Shown: in pieces, positions 24,464 through 36,283 of the stretch
Numbering within the stretch: position 1 is the first letter of the stretch
Layout of the letters: every line of letters starts with the position of its first letter
NCBI GenBank assembly: GCA_024137785.1
Contig: JAHRHZ010000218.1
Span: 34,058,586-34,122,585, forward strand
Origin: Ginglymostoma cirratum
Lineage: Eukaryota
Reading direction: 5' to 3'
Length of the DNA stretch: 64,000 nt
The notes under the pieces: generated by a model
What the model was told of the DNA's origin: nothing
Seen by the model: the letters and a program-made list of their open reading frames with translations, nothing else
Database searches by the model: none
Program-made: the position numbers and the translations under genes

Positions 24464-26009
24464 CTTTCCTGCTCCTATGATGCTGCTTGGCCTGCTGTGT
24501 TCATCCAGCTCCACACCTTGTTATCTCGGATTCTCCAGCATCTGCAGTACCTATTATCTCAGGTTGCAGTGAAGACTGGTTAGCAAAAAAGAGGGTGATG
24601 TAAATGGGTCACTTACCAGAAATGATTTAAAAAACATTTAAATACAGAAAGATTGTTGAACTCTAAGCTACAGAGGAACCTGGGCATCCTGACACATGAA
24701 TCACAAAAGTTTGTGTGCAAATAATTAAGAAAATAAATAGAATGTTGTCATTTGTTGCAAGGGGAACAGAGCAAAAGAGGAGATGTTTTGGTTAAGGTCT
24801 GCAGAACGTTGGCGAGACCATATCTGAAGTACTGTATACAGTTTTAGAATCCTTATTTAAGAGAAAATAAATGCATCATGTAAAGTTTAGAGTAAGTTCA
24901 AGTGATGAATACCTGGAATGCGGGTCATGTTGTGAGCAAAGGGTGAATAGGCTGAACCTTATCCATTCATATTTTGAAGAATAAGAAGTGTTCTTATTGA
25001 GACACGTAAAGGTGGTAATGCTGAAAGGATATTTTTCCTCTTCAGAGACAGACTTGAAATAGGAAACCCTGTTTAAAAATGTAAAGGCCTTGCATTCAAG
25101 ATGGAGTAGAGGAGAAATTATTTCTCATAAGAGGATCATGAGTCTGCTTCCACTGCTCTCTGAGAAAGAGTTATTGAATATTTTCCAGTTGGAGGCAGAT
25201 TGATTACCTTTGACTCCCTCATGAGTCAAAAATCTGAGGTGAATTAGAATGTGGGGTTGAAGGCACAGTCAGATCAGCTATCATAATGAATGTTGGAGCT
25301 ACGCCTGCTCCAATTTGGTATACTCCTGTGGTACCACAATCTTGCCTTCCAGTCATATAAATTCAGATTTTTTTTTAACCTTTTAAACCAAATGCAGGAA
25401 AACTTTGTTTTATATATAAGCACATGGATATTTGCTTCATTTACTGACATCAGTGATCTTAATTTGAAATCAAAGATATGAATGTTACATTAAAATAAAC
25501 TTGAAAGTTGCTAATGAGCTGCAAGTGTTGAAGTCACAGCAGCAAAACTTTGCAAGGAAGAACAAGTGACCCAAGGACGTGTATGAAACATGAAAGTTAT
25601 CTCATAAATAGCAAAAATTCGTGAATGTTATGTAAACTCTTAATTGTTGAGGGAAAATAACCACAATAGCTGACAATCAAAATAGTTTTGTATCTTTGCC
25701 CTTCATCTTCAAGTATTTATCTTTTTAAAAAAACCTCGAGGTTTTATGCAGAATTTTGCATTTAATAACTTTGCATGAGCTTAAAGATGAACTTGTAATT
25801 TTTAATAAGAAGTGATATTTCACGTTTAACACATTGGCCGAGATTTTTCTCGAGTCCAACATCTCATGGCATATCATATTAGCATGAGTTGTTCATATAT
25901 GTTCAGTTTTTAAACATTTTTATAACAGTGCAGCCCCAAGTCTTGAACATTGATGGGAGAAAGCGCCCGATGTGTCTCCTTAATCAGTATGATTTAGGCG
26001 TGGAGTTTT

Positions 26010-26333
26010 TCATAGAAACCCTACAGCCATTCGGCCCAACAAGTCCACCCTGCCCCTCTGAAGAGCACCTCACTCAGACCCATTCCCCTACCGCTGTATT
26101 TCCCATCTCTAACCCACCTAACCTAAACATCCCTGGGCACTATGGGCCATTTAGCATAGCCAATCCATCTACCCTGCACATCTTCGGACTGTGGGAGGAA
26201 ACCGACACACCAGATGGAAACCCATACAGACACGGGGAGTAAGTGCAAACTCCACACAGACAGTCGCCCAAGGTTGAAATCAAACCTGGGCCCCTGGCGC
26301 CGTGAGGCAGCAGTGCTAACCACTGGGCCACCC
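26010..26333 (-). mobile_element. HE1-type V-SINE (tRNA head, V-domain, CR1/HER1-derived tail)
   Basis: The - strand has A-box tggcccagtgg, V-domain gtgtggagtttgcac...ggtttcctcccacagtcc and tail ttgggccgaatggc. Confidence 0.88.
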
Positions 26334-27139
26334 AATTTCAGTTTTCCAGCATCCTGTACTATTTTGCCTTTACTTGCTTTGATTTAAGTGTTGAGGAGAA
26401 CAAGGACTAAAAGAAAATAAATTTCAATCTTAAATTGGATTTAAAAATCAGGAAAAATTAATGAGAAAGGGGGCAGACTGGATGGTAAAGTAAATAAGTA
26501 AATTCTTAAATTTTATCGCTTTAAACATTTGTGGAAATAATATGCTATTTGAAGAAAAGGAGCTGTGCATTTATACTGTGCCAAAATTATTTATTTGGCA
26601 ATCATTAAAATATTGGTCCTGGAGAAATGCAGAATGTCCGATAGATCTGTGATGAGAGTGAGTTAAAGTTTTGAATCCAGTATGACTCTCCAAAGAGTCT
26701 TCAGATGTTCAGCACCTGTAGTATTTTGCTTTTATTACTGTTTTAATAGTGGGATAATTGTACTTGCATTGTGAATTGTCTTGTATTTTTTACAATTTCA
26801 GTCCTAATTAAGGTGTGTCCTGTAACTATTCACATAACCACCTTGGGATTAATCATCAGATGCTGTTTTCACAAAGTTGACAAACCATTGCAAATGGACC
26901 ACCGGCTTGTGGTGATTTTGAGTCAGGTGATATTTCTCCCTCACTACAAGTTGGTCGGCAGTTTGCACATTCCCAACAGAAAATGTCCTTCAGATGCTGT
27001 TAAGTTTCAACAAAATTTGTAGTTCAAAATTACTGCACATGTTGTTATATTATAGAAAGTTATTTTTAAAATTTCTGCACAATCCCACACACTCTGTTAC
27101 CATTTTGAAGCATTCCTTAAATAATTTTTTTTTTCAAAT

Positions 27140-29960
27140 TTATTTGCACCCTTTGTGGGAGCAGGGGACAGTCGACACTACTGAAGGCATTGTACTTAAA
27201 TGCACACAGTATACAAAATAAGGTAAATGAGCTTGTAGCACAGATTGAAACTGGCAGGTACACTGGTGTTATAATAGAGACATGGCTACAAGGGTACCAG
27301 GGCTGGGAACTAAACATTCAAGAATATACGCCCTATCGAAAGGACCAGTAAATGCAGAGGGGGGAAAGATTGCCTTGTCGGCAAGAAATGAAATTAAATC
27401 AATAGCAAGAAGTGATTACAGTCGGATGGTGTAGAATCTGTGTGGGTAGAGTTGAAGAACCGCAAAGGAAAATAGACCCTGATAGTAGTCAGGATTTGAG
27501 AAGAAAATAAATAAGGAGATAGAAAAGGCATGTAAGAACGACTTTATTACGATCATCATGGGTGACTTCAAAATGCAGGTGGACTGGGAAAATCAGATTG
27601 GTAGTGGATCCCAAGAAAAGGAATTTGTGGAATGTCTGCGATTTTTGTTTTTAATTGAAGCAGCTTGTGTTAGAGTTCACTTGGGGACAGGCAGTTCTGG
27701 AGTTAGTGATATGTAATGAGGTAGGCTTGATTAGAGTGAAGGAGCCTCTAGGGGTCAGTGACCATAAAATGATAGAATTCACCCTGCAGTTTGAGGGGAA
27801 GATGATTCAATCAGATGTAATGATATTACAATTGAGTATAGGCACCTACAGAGACATGATTGAGGAGCTGGCCAGAGTTAATTGGAAGGGGAGCCTATCA
27901 AGGAAGATGGTGAAGCAGCAATGGCAGGGGTTTCTGGGGTAATTTGGGAAGCACAGTAGAAATTCATCTCAAGGAAGAAGAAACATAAGCGGAGGATGAG
28001 GCAACCATGGCTGACAAAGGAATTTAGGGACAGCATAAAAGCAAAAGAAAAGGCATACAATGTGCTGAAGAATAGTGGGAAGCCTTTAAAAACCAGCAGA
28101 GGATAACTTAAAAATGCAAGAACAGGGAGAAGATGAAATCTGAGAGTAAGCTAGCTAGTAATATAAGATATTATTTGCAAGAGTTTTGGATTTCTGAAAG
28201 CAGCAAGAGTGGGCATTGGACTGCTGGAAAATAAGACTGGAGAAGTAGTAAAGGGGAAGAAAGAAATGGTGGAGGAACTGTGTAGGTATATTGTATTGGC
28301 TTTCATAGTAGAAGCTATCCGCACACCAGAACTTGAAGAGAGACAGGGGCCAGAGGTAAGTGAGGTGGCCATCATCAAGGAGAAGGTGCTGGGGAAACTG
28401 AAAGGTCTGCAGGTGGATAAATCACTTGCACTGGATGGACTAAATTGCAAAGCTCTGAAGGAGATAGCTGAGGAGATTGTAGAGGCATTGGTAGCGATCT
28501 TTCAGGAATCAGTAGAGCCAAGAGTCCCAGAGACCTAGAAAATGCTCATATAACACCTGTTTAAGAATGGAGTGAGGCGGAAGACAGGAACATATCGGCT
28601 AGTTAGCCTGACCTCTGTTATTGATGAGATTTTGGAGTCCCGTTATTAAGGATGAGACTGTGAAGTACTTGGAAGTGCATGGTACATTAGGACGGAATCC
28701 ATGCAGCTTCATCAAGGGGAAGTCATGTCTGACAAATCTGTTAGAATTCTTTTGAGGAGGTAACAAGCAAGTTAGATAAAGGAGAGCTGGTTGACGTGGT
28801 GTATTTAGATTTCCACAAGTCCAATAACAAGATGCTGCACAGGATCTGTTAAATAAAGTAAGGGCCTGTGGTGTTAGGGGCAAGATACTGGCATGGATGG
28901 AGAATTGGCTGACGGATAGAAGGCTGACAGTGGTGATAAAGGCGTCTTTTTCATGCTGGCTGCTGGTGTCTAGAGGAGTTCTGCAGGGATCCATGTTGGG
29001 ACCACAACTATTCACATGATACATTAACGATCTGGATAAAAAAAGCTGCAGGCATTGTTGCTAAATTTCCAGATGACACAAAAACAAGTGAATAGATAGG
29101 CAGTGTTGGGGAAGCGGGAGGCTGCACAAAGACTTGAACATGCTGGGCAAGTAAACAAAGAAGTAGCAAATGGAAAAGATTTGGGAGAATGTAAGGTTAT
29201 GCACTTTGGTAGGAAGAATAGAGATATAGACTATTTTCTAAAAAGCGAATGACTTCTGAAATCTAAAGCACAAGGGGACTTGGGAATCCTAGTTCATGAT
29301 TCTCTTAAAGTTCGCATGCAGGTTGAGTTGGTGGTTAGGAAGCCAAATGCAGTGTAGGCATTCACTTCAAGAGGGGTGGAATATAAAAGCAGCAACATAC
29401 TGTCAGGCCGTGTTTGGAATGTTGAGTCGTTTTAGGGCCGGTATCTAAGGAAGGATGTGCCACGTCGGAGAAGGTCCAGAGGAGGTTTACAGGAAAGACC
29501 TGCTCCTAAGATGCCGCTTGACCTGCTGTGTTCATCCAGCCCCATGCTTGTTATCAGGGATAAAAGCTTGTCATGTTTGTGCAGTTATGGACTCTGGATC
29601 TGTACTCGGAGTTTAAAAGAATGAAGGGGGATCGGAATGAAACTTACAGAATATTGAGAGGCCTGGATAGAGTGGACGTGGAGAAGATGTTTCTACTAGT
29701 AGGAGAGACTCAGTAGGACAGCCTCAGTGAAAGGATGACCTTTTAGAACTGAGATCTTCAGCCAGAGGATAGTTGATCTGTGCAGGTCAAGTCATTGAGC
29801 GTATTCAAGACAAAGATAGGCAGGTTCTTGATTAGTAAGGGGATCAAGGGTTTTGGGGAAATGGCAGGAGAATGTGGTTGGGAAACACATCAGCCATGAC
29901 GGAATGGTGAAGTAAACCCAGTGGGCTGAATGGCCTAATTCTGCTCCAGTATCTTTTGGC
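27140..29960 (+). mobile_element. Near full-length but decayed CR1 ORF2 (APE endonuclease plus RT), with a small PLE fragment at about 29499-29555
   Basis: LYLNA.S..NK.NEL, MGDF, SDH, SCLTNLL, GSMLGPQLF, DDTK motifs in order with stops and frameshifts; CR1 3' end at about 29950. Confidence 0.88.
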
Positions 29961-30086
29961 GTTATAGTTGCTGACAAATGGAATCAAATATTATGACAGA
30001 TCCTAACTGTTTAATTTCATTAGGGAAAGCACCAATTACTCCCTTTTTTTTAAAGTAATTATGGATTTGATGCTTTTGCTGTTTAG

Positions 30087-30162
30087 GATCTTTAGAAGAC
30101 CGGAAGGTCCTAAGATCTGATATACTTCACAAGTTTGTGGATTTCAATGTAATCGTGACTAC
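30087..30162 (+). CDS. SMARCAD1: SMARCAD1 exon (GSLEDRKVLRSDILHKFVDFNVIVTT)
   Basis: tttag|GA...AC|gtaagt; 76 nt, phase 1 to 2. Confidence 0.95.
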
Positions 30163-30759
30163 GTAAGTTACGGAATTTCTCTTGTAAGCACTGTTTCAAC
30201 AGACATTTGTGATTGAATAATGCAGAAAACCTACTAGCCCATGGTTATATATGTGGACATTGAAGTGTGGCGTGTGCAAGTTGTTTGCAGATGAACATAG
30301 AAACACAAAATGTGCACTCACTTTTTAAAACAAGTATGCAAAGTTGAGCATTCTCCTGTTGCACTCACTGTTTGCCACAAGAGGGAGTACAGAGAGTGTC
30401 ACTGATTGCCATTGCTCAAACCAGTATAAAACTCCTGGATTGGTGCTCCCTCAAGTGGTGTTGAGGCCCCACAACATTAAAATATTCAGCATTCACTGCA
30501 AATTCATTGATAACTGAAGTTTTGATTTCATGTCTATATTCTAATTACTTCTTAACCATTCCAAATACTTGGTACTGCAGCAGAAAAATTTATTGGATTG
30601 TCATGCTGGCATGATGTCCCATAATCCCCATTTTGTCCAGTTTCTGCTAAGAAAAGATCTGGGCGAGTTTTGAACAAAAACAAACTCAATCAGAATCATT
30701 CATGAAGGAATTTTTGAAATCCTAACAATCACTATTGAATAGTTTGTCACTTTAAACTT

Positions 30760-31980
30760 GATGAGACATTCCACTCCCGTACATCTCAAATGTCCTCATT
30801 CTTCAAGGACCGCAACTTCCCCCCAACAGTGGTCGAGAACGCCCTTGACCGTGTCTCCCGCATTTCCCGGAACACATCCCTCACGCCCCGTCCCCGCAAT
30901 AATAACCAAAAAAGAATCCCCCTCGTCCTCACATACCACCCCACCAACCTCCGGATCCAACGCATCATCCTCCGACACTTCCGCCATCTGCAATCAGACC
31001 CCACCACCAAAGACATTTTTCCCTCCCCACCCTTATCTGCCTTCCGGAGGGACCACTCCCTCCGAGACTCCCTTGTCCGCTCCACACTCCCCTCCAGCCC
31101 CACCACACACGGCACTTTTCCCTGTAACCGCAGGAAGCGCTACACCTGCCCCCACACCTCCTCCCTCACCCCAATCCCAGGCCCCAAGAAGACTTTCCAC
31201 ATCAGGCAGATGTTCACCTGTACATCTGCCAATGTGGCATACTGCACCTGCTGTACCCCTTGTGGCTTCCTCTACATCGGGGAAACCAAGCGGAGGCTTG
31301 GGGACCGCTTTGCAGAACACCTGCGCTCAGTTCGCGACAAACAATTGCACCTCCCAGTCGCGAACCATTTCAACTCCCCCTCCCATTCCTCAGATGACAT
31401 CTCCATCCTGGGACTCCTGCAATGCCACAGTGATGCCACCCGAAGGCTGCAGGAACAGCAAATCATATTCAGCCTGGGAACCCTGCAGCCCAATGGCATC
31501 AATGTGGATTTCACAAGCTTCAAAATCTCCCCTCCCCCAACCGCATCCCAAAACCAGCCCAGCTCATCTCCACCTCCCTAACCTGTTTTTCCTCTCACCT
31601 ATCCCCTCCTCCCACCTCAAGCCACACCCCCATTTCCTATCTACCAACATCATCCCGCCCCCTTGACCTGTCCATCCTCCCTGGACTGACCTATCTCCTC
31701 CCTACACCCCTACCTACACTCACCTTTACTGGCTCCATCCCCGCCTCTTCGACCTGTCTGCCTCCTCTCCACCTATCCTCTCCTCTATCCATCCTCTATC
31801 CACCTCCCCCTCTCTCCCTATTTATTTCAGAACCCTCTTCCCCTCCCCCATTTCTGATGAAGGGTTTAGGCCCGAAACGTCAAGTTTTCCTGCTCCTATG
31901 ATGCTGCTTGACCTGCTGTGTTCATCCAGCCCCATGCTTGTTATCTCGGATTCTCCAGCATCTGCAGTACCTTTTATCTC
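30760..31980 (+). mobile_element. Young 5'-truncated Penelope-like retroelement: RT-EN linker, GIY-YIG endonuclease (ORF to 31581), C-rich UTR and pLTR with tail
   Basis: ORF 30790-31581 has IPLVLTYHP, C-x3-R-x2-C-like linker, AYCTCC..CG.LYIGETKRRL.DRF.EH and PNGIN; hammerhead-bearing terminus. Confidence 0.92.
31851..31884 (+). ncRNA. Minimal type I hammerhead ribozyme core of PLE pLTR
   Basis: ttt-CUGAUGA-a-GGGU/uuag/GCCC-GAAAC-GUC-aag. Confidence 0.7.
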
Positions 31981-32012
31981 TTATGCAATCTGTTTGTTGC
32001 TTTAATCAACAG

Positions 32013-32148
32013 GTATAGCTGCTCAATAAGTAATGCAGATGACCGTAGTCTCTTTCGACGTTTAAAGCTCCATTATGCAGTTTTTGATGAAGGACACATG
32101 CTGAAAAATATGAGTTCCATTCGATATCAGCATCTTATGACATTTAAT
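32013..32148 (+). CDS. SMARCAD1: SMARCAD1 exon with Walker B / DEGH box ([12 protein letters not shown])
   Basis: aacag|G TAT...AAT|gtaagc; 136 nt, phase 2 to 0. Confidence 0.97.
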
Positions 32149-32402
32149 GTAAGCTTGAAAACATTTAAAGGACTACTAAATCTGCAGACTCTTGTTTTAT
32201 TTGTTAGTCTAACACAGATCATTGCTCATTGTTTTCTATTAGTCCAATACCCGTTGTAATTCTAAATATTTACTGCCATTGAACAATTTCATTTCTTGTA
32301 ATATTTTTTTCAGTATGTGAATGTATTGAATAAGGATACTTTTATGAGTGGAGAGTAATCTGTAGAAGTTTGATGTTATGATCAGTTTGTTTTAATTAAC
32401 AG

Positions 32403-32540
32403 GCTGAACATCGCTTGCTGTTGACTGGGACTCCACTGCAGAATAATCTCCTAGAATTGATGTCTCTGTTGAATTTTGTTATGCCAAACATGTTCAGCAG
32501 TAGTACCAGTGAGATTCGCAGAATGTTTTCATCCAAAACA
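32403..32540 (+). CDS. SMARCAD1: SMARCAD1 exon, motif III ([22 protein letters not shown]...RMFSSKT)
   Basis: aacag|GCT...ACA|gtaagc; 138 nt, phase 0 to 0. Confidence 0.97.
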
Positions 32541-33039
32541 GTAAGCACTAAATGTTTTAAAGAATAGCTGTGTTGATAGGTGTACAATTGATTTATTTTT
32601 AAAATAAGGCATTTGTTGGCCGGAGCAATTCAATGAAAATGAGTTCAGAGCTTCTATCTCCGTTTATGCTTGCTGTTTGAAAACTCAACTTATTTTAGAA
32701 ACAAAATGAAAATCTGCATCGTTTTGAGGCTGGTACTTTGCTAGTAGTATCACGCACATCAAAGTAAACTCAGCAAATTTCCCGTTATTACGGGTGAGTT
32801 GTAAACTGTCGGTGGAGGTGATTCAGGCAGTATTGTTCCAACATTAATATAAGTACAAGTTGGCACTTTTCTGTCAGAAGTGGAAAAAGTCATTTCTTTG
32901 ATAACAGATGAGTTTTCTGTTACAGGCCTGTAAAATGTTCCACTCCAGCGTTCAATAAAGGCTCTGTTTCCAAATAAAGAATCCTGAAATTTCAGAATAC
33001 TTGCACTTGTGTAATCCTTTGTGAAGGCAGTTGTTTTGA

Positions 33040-33975
33040 AGTGTACCTGAAATGCTTCAGATCTTTTCCAGCAATATGTCTAAGTTGTTTCTACAGTACC
33101 TCCCACAAGTCCTTCAATGATGGATCAGCAATGTCATCGCTGCTGTTTCCTGCAATTGCCCATAATTAGAAAAAAATTAGCAATTTTGCTTCAATTTCCT
33201 TTATTCTCTCATTAACACTTGGTCCATTTCTGACTCTTCCCCTTCCTCTGATTTCACTGTTTCTAATTCTAGGGCTAGGCTCCTCACCTATATCCACTAT
33301 AAACCCAACAACTTCCATGGTAACCTTAACCACACTTCCTCCCATCCTGCTCAATTCCATTCTCCCAGTTTCTCAGTGTCTGTTACATCTGTACAAATGA
33401 GGTTACCTTACACAGGACTACCTCTAACATGTTCTTCATTAACCAAGGATTCCTCCAACCATGGTTGCCAGGGCCCTCAGCCATGTCTGACTCATTTCCC
33501 ACACTTCTGCCCTCACCTCTTTCCTTCTCACTTTCAGCACAATGATCAGGCTTGCCTTATTTGCACTTTCCACCCCACCAGTCTTTCATTCAAAGGATCA
33601 CCCTGTGCCATTATCAGCACATTGAGCCCAATAACTTCAGAACATGAGCTTCATTCTCCATTTTGATTACAAATCCTGCTTCCCTGTCTGATGTGTGTCT
33701 TGTTGGCTTTGCTGTCGGCAGAACTGACCTATTTTCTCTTTGTCAAACCTATTTTACATCTCAAATCATCCTTTCCAACAATCATTACCCCCTTTTTTTC
33801 TTTTGCTCTCACAATCTTTTCCTGTTGCTCCTTCCCTCTCTACCAACGGCACAAAAACCTTAATTTGCAGCTCTTTCAGTTTTGAAGACATGTCTTTGGA
33901 TTCAACATTAACACTGTTTCTCTCTCCACACATGCAGCCAGACCTGCTATGCTTCACCAGCATTTTCTGGTTTTG
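33040..33975 (+). mobile_element. Old degenerate Penelope-like element fragment
   Basis: tccactataaaccca...ccattctcccagtttctc and tttccaccccacca resemble PLE RT/linker; terminal tctctccac..atgc.gccagacctgct unit. Confidence 0.6.
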
Positions 33976-34300
33976 TTGGAAACAGTAGCTGCACTCATTT
34001 TGTGTGGGACTATTGCTACTGCAAAACAAAATTTAACCTATTCAGAGCTGTGAATATACTAGCTAGTCCAGTTAATGGTTTCAACAGTGAGTTAAAAATA
34101 TTATTGTTTTTATTCACTTTCAGTACAGATGGTCTTTTATAACTCATGGACTTATTTATTTTCTTATAATACAGTTTGTCATATTTAGTTCTGACCCTTG
34201 ATTCAAGTGCAGATATGCTTGACTCGATAAATACATTGACACAGCTACTGTTCTATTTTCTCGATGTATTTATCCTATAGTTTGTCTTGCTTCTTTGTAG

Positions 34301-34396
34301 AAAATCTTGGAACAGCAAAGTAGTTTTGAAAAAGGGAGGATTGCCCATGCCAAAAAGATCATGAAGCCATTTATCCTGAGGAGAGTAAAGAGTGAG
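34301..34396 (+). CDS. SMARCAD1: SMARCAD1 exon ([32 protein letters not shown])
   Basis: tgtag|AAA...GAG|gtaatg; 96 nt; contains the SNF2 PFILRR motif. Confidence 0.96.
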
Positions 34397-34759
34397 GTAA
34401 TGCAGTTCTACCTGCAATCTGGTGTCTTGACTCATTTCTGACTTGCCAAATTTTATCTGAACAATGTTTCTGTTTTTTAAAAAAAAGCCTTTTGATGCAC
34501 ATTTTGCATATTGCAGAATGTTGTCAGCCTATTGTGTATAGTAATTGCCTTACCATTTAATGCTGTCTATTTTTGTGGTTGTGCTATCCTGCAGGGGGCT
34601 GCTTTAAATCCCTCATGAGTACACTTTTTTTAAAGAAAAGTTGAAATATGCTTTGAAAATTCTCAAAACAATGAAGAGACCAAACAATATCATGACTGAG
34701 AAAAAGTTAATTTTGCAGATGCAGATCAATGACCTTGCATCAGTACATAAAAGGTGGCC

Positions 34760-34915
34760 ATTTGCATTGATATAGCATGTTTCATGACCCCTATACATCT
34801 CAAAGTGCTTTGCAACCAGAGAAAGTGTTTTAGAATGTAGTGACTCTGATGTAAGAATTCTGCTAACTAATTTTTGCACAGCAAACTTCCGTAACCAGCA
34901 AAATTACAATGACTG
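34760..34915 (-). mobile_element. DeuSINE (SacSINE1-like) relic; further copies at about 39110-39200 (+) and 61895-62050 (-)
   Basis: ttgcatt.atatagc...caaagtgcttt.ca...gtagtgactctg...gcacagcaa is the reverse complement of the recalled Deu-domain/tail. Confidence 0.6.
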
Positions 34916-36283
34916 TCAACTCCCTCCAACATCAACAAGGTATTCAATTAATTCCTGCTCCCCCAACCCCACTGAAACGCTGGAGTAGGATTTGCACCTC
35001 TTGAACTCAGTTTGGAACCAAAGATAAGAACTCTGATGGTAGAATTGCAACCTGAACCATGAACTCTGTTTCGCTATCCACAGCCTGACCTCGGTATTTC
35101 TAGCATTCCTGTTTTATTATCAGACTTCTCACATCTGCAGTATTTTGCATTTGTGAGAACAATGCAGTTTGGTTCTGAATCTTTTGGGCCATTGTCATTT
35201 GAATATCAATTTTTGTTCAAGCAATGAAAGGTAAATGTTACCTTTTGGTGCATCACCTAATTGAGTAACATATAGTGCAAAGCATCTATTTTGCCTGAAG
35301 AAATAGTTCATGTTACTGAACGTTTTTCTGTCACTTGTGTTTATGTTCCCGTGGCCAGAAGCAAATAAGTGAGGTAACAACCTATTTTGTCTGTATATTT
35401 TTGAAACCTTTTTCAGCTGCCAGCGGCCTATTTTGGTTTTCCCTTTTGATTTTAAGTTCTTGTTCAGTCGGGGGGGGACAGTTTTTGTTCAGTACAAAAG
35501 CTTCGTGCAACAAGTGCGAGAGGCTATTGGTAAAGGGCTTCAAGTTGTTCTTATCTGAAGTGTGCTGTTCAAAACTTAACAGCATAGGTTCCTTAATAAA
35601 GATCAGCAGCCAGATGTAACAGATGTTTGTAGCTCCTCGTCAAGTCAGAACCAGTTGTCGAACCCAGAATGCAAGCTGCTACAAGTTTTGAATGCCTTCA
35701 AAGGAAGTGAAACCTTGCATTCCCATTGATTAACAACAGATTTTCTATGTAACAGCAATGACTATATGTCTTCAGTCAAATTGCATTTTGTTGCTGATGA
35801 TACAAGTGCATTTGCTGCTGGTAATAGTTCTTGACTCAGTATTTGATTAGACCCTCGAAACATAGTTGCACTTCTTTTTTCTTTGGACATTTTGTCCTAT
35901 CAGAATTGTGTAGTTTTGAAAGTTTAGAAATACTGTTGTTTCACCAATAGGTATACACTTAAGCAAAATTCAAGATCTGTAGATATTAATCAGATTATAG
36001 TTTTGTGTGTTCAGCTAAATGTCTGTAGCCTGCAAAACAAAAAAGCTTGGATACCTGTACTAACCCACATCAAACACCTTACACAGGGCACTTTATTTTA
36101 GCAAAATGTTATTTTTGCTCGGAAAGCATGTATAACTTAGTACAAATACAGTTGGTGTGAACTCCAAATATGGGAAGAAGAGATTCCAAATGTCCGTAAG
36201 ATATCAATGTTGTTTTCCCATTCCTATTTTTTTGTTTTGAAACTTCTTTCCTCATCATTCAAGTATACAAATTTGTTGTTTAG

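Larger units (their letters stand above)
23924..24560. mobile_element. Palindromic (head-to-head) Penelope-like pLTR element with 13-14 bp TSD; contains an assembly gap
   Basis: Arms are reverse complements; flanked by (c)aggttgcagtgaa at 23910-23923 and 24560-24573. Confidence 0.85.
22345..25330 (+). mobile_element. Old degenerate CR1 ORF2 remnant, interrupted by a MITE, a local templated insertion and a PLE palindrome
   Basis: Decayed SPGPD.LHPRVLKE, W..ANVTP, SCLTN and later RT motifs in collinear order. Confidence 0.7.

Noticed and set aside
23940-24572. ORFs of 136-210 aa spanning the first gap, and similar ORFs at 61018-61719
   Set aside because: They are artefacts of translating N runs; the flanks are PLE terminal repeats.
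26260-26333. tRNA-like sequence on the - strand
   Set aside because: It is the tRNA-derived head of an HE1-type SINE, continuous with the V-domain, and not a tRNA gene.
30758-31666. 302-aa Pro/Ser/Thr-rich ORF and several antisense ORFs
   Set aside because: They are alternative frames of the C-rich Penelope endonuclease sequence; the frame ending at 31581 carries the real motifs.
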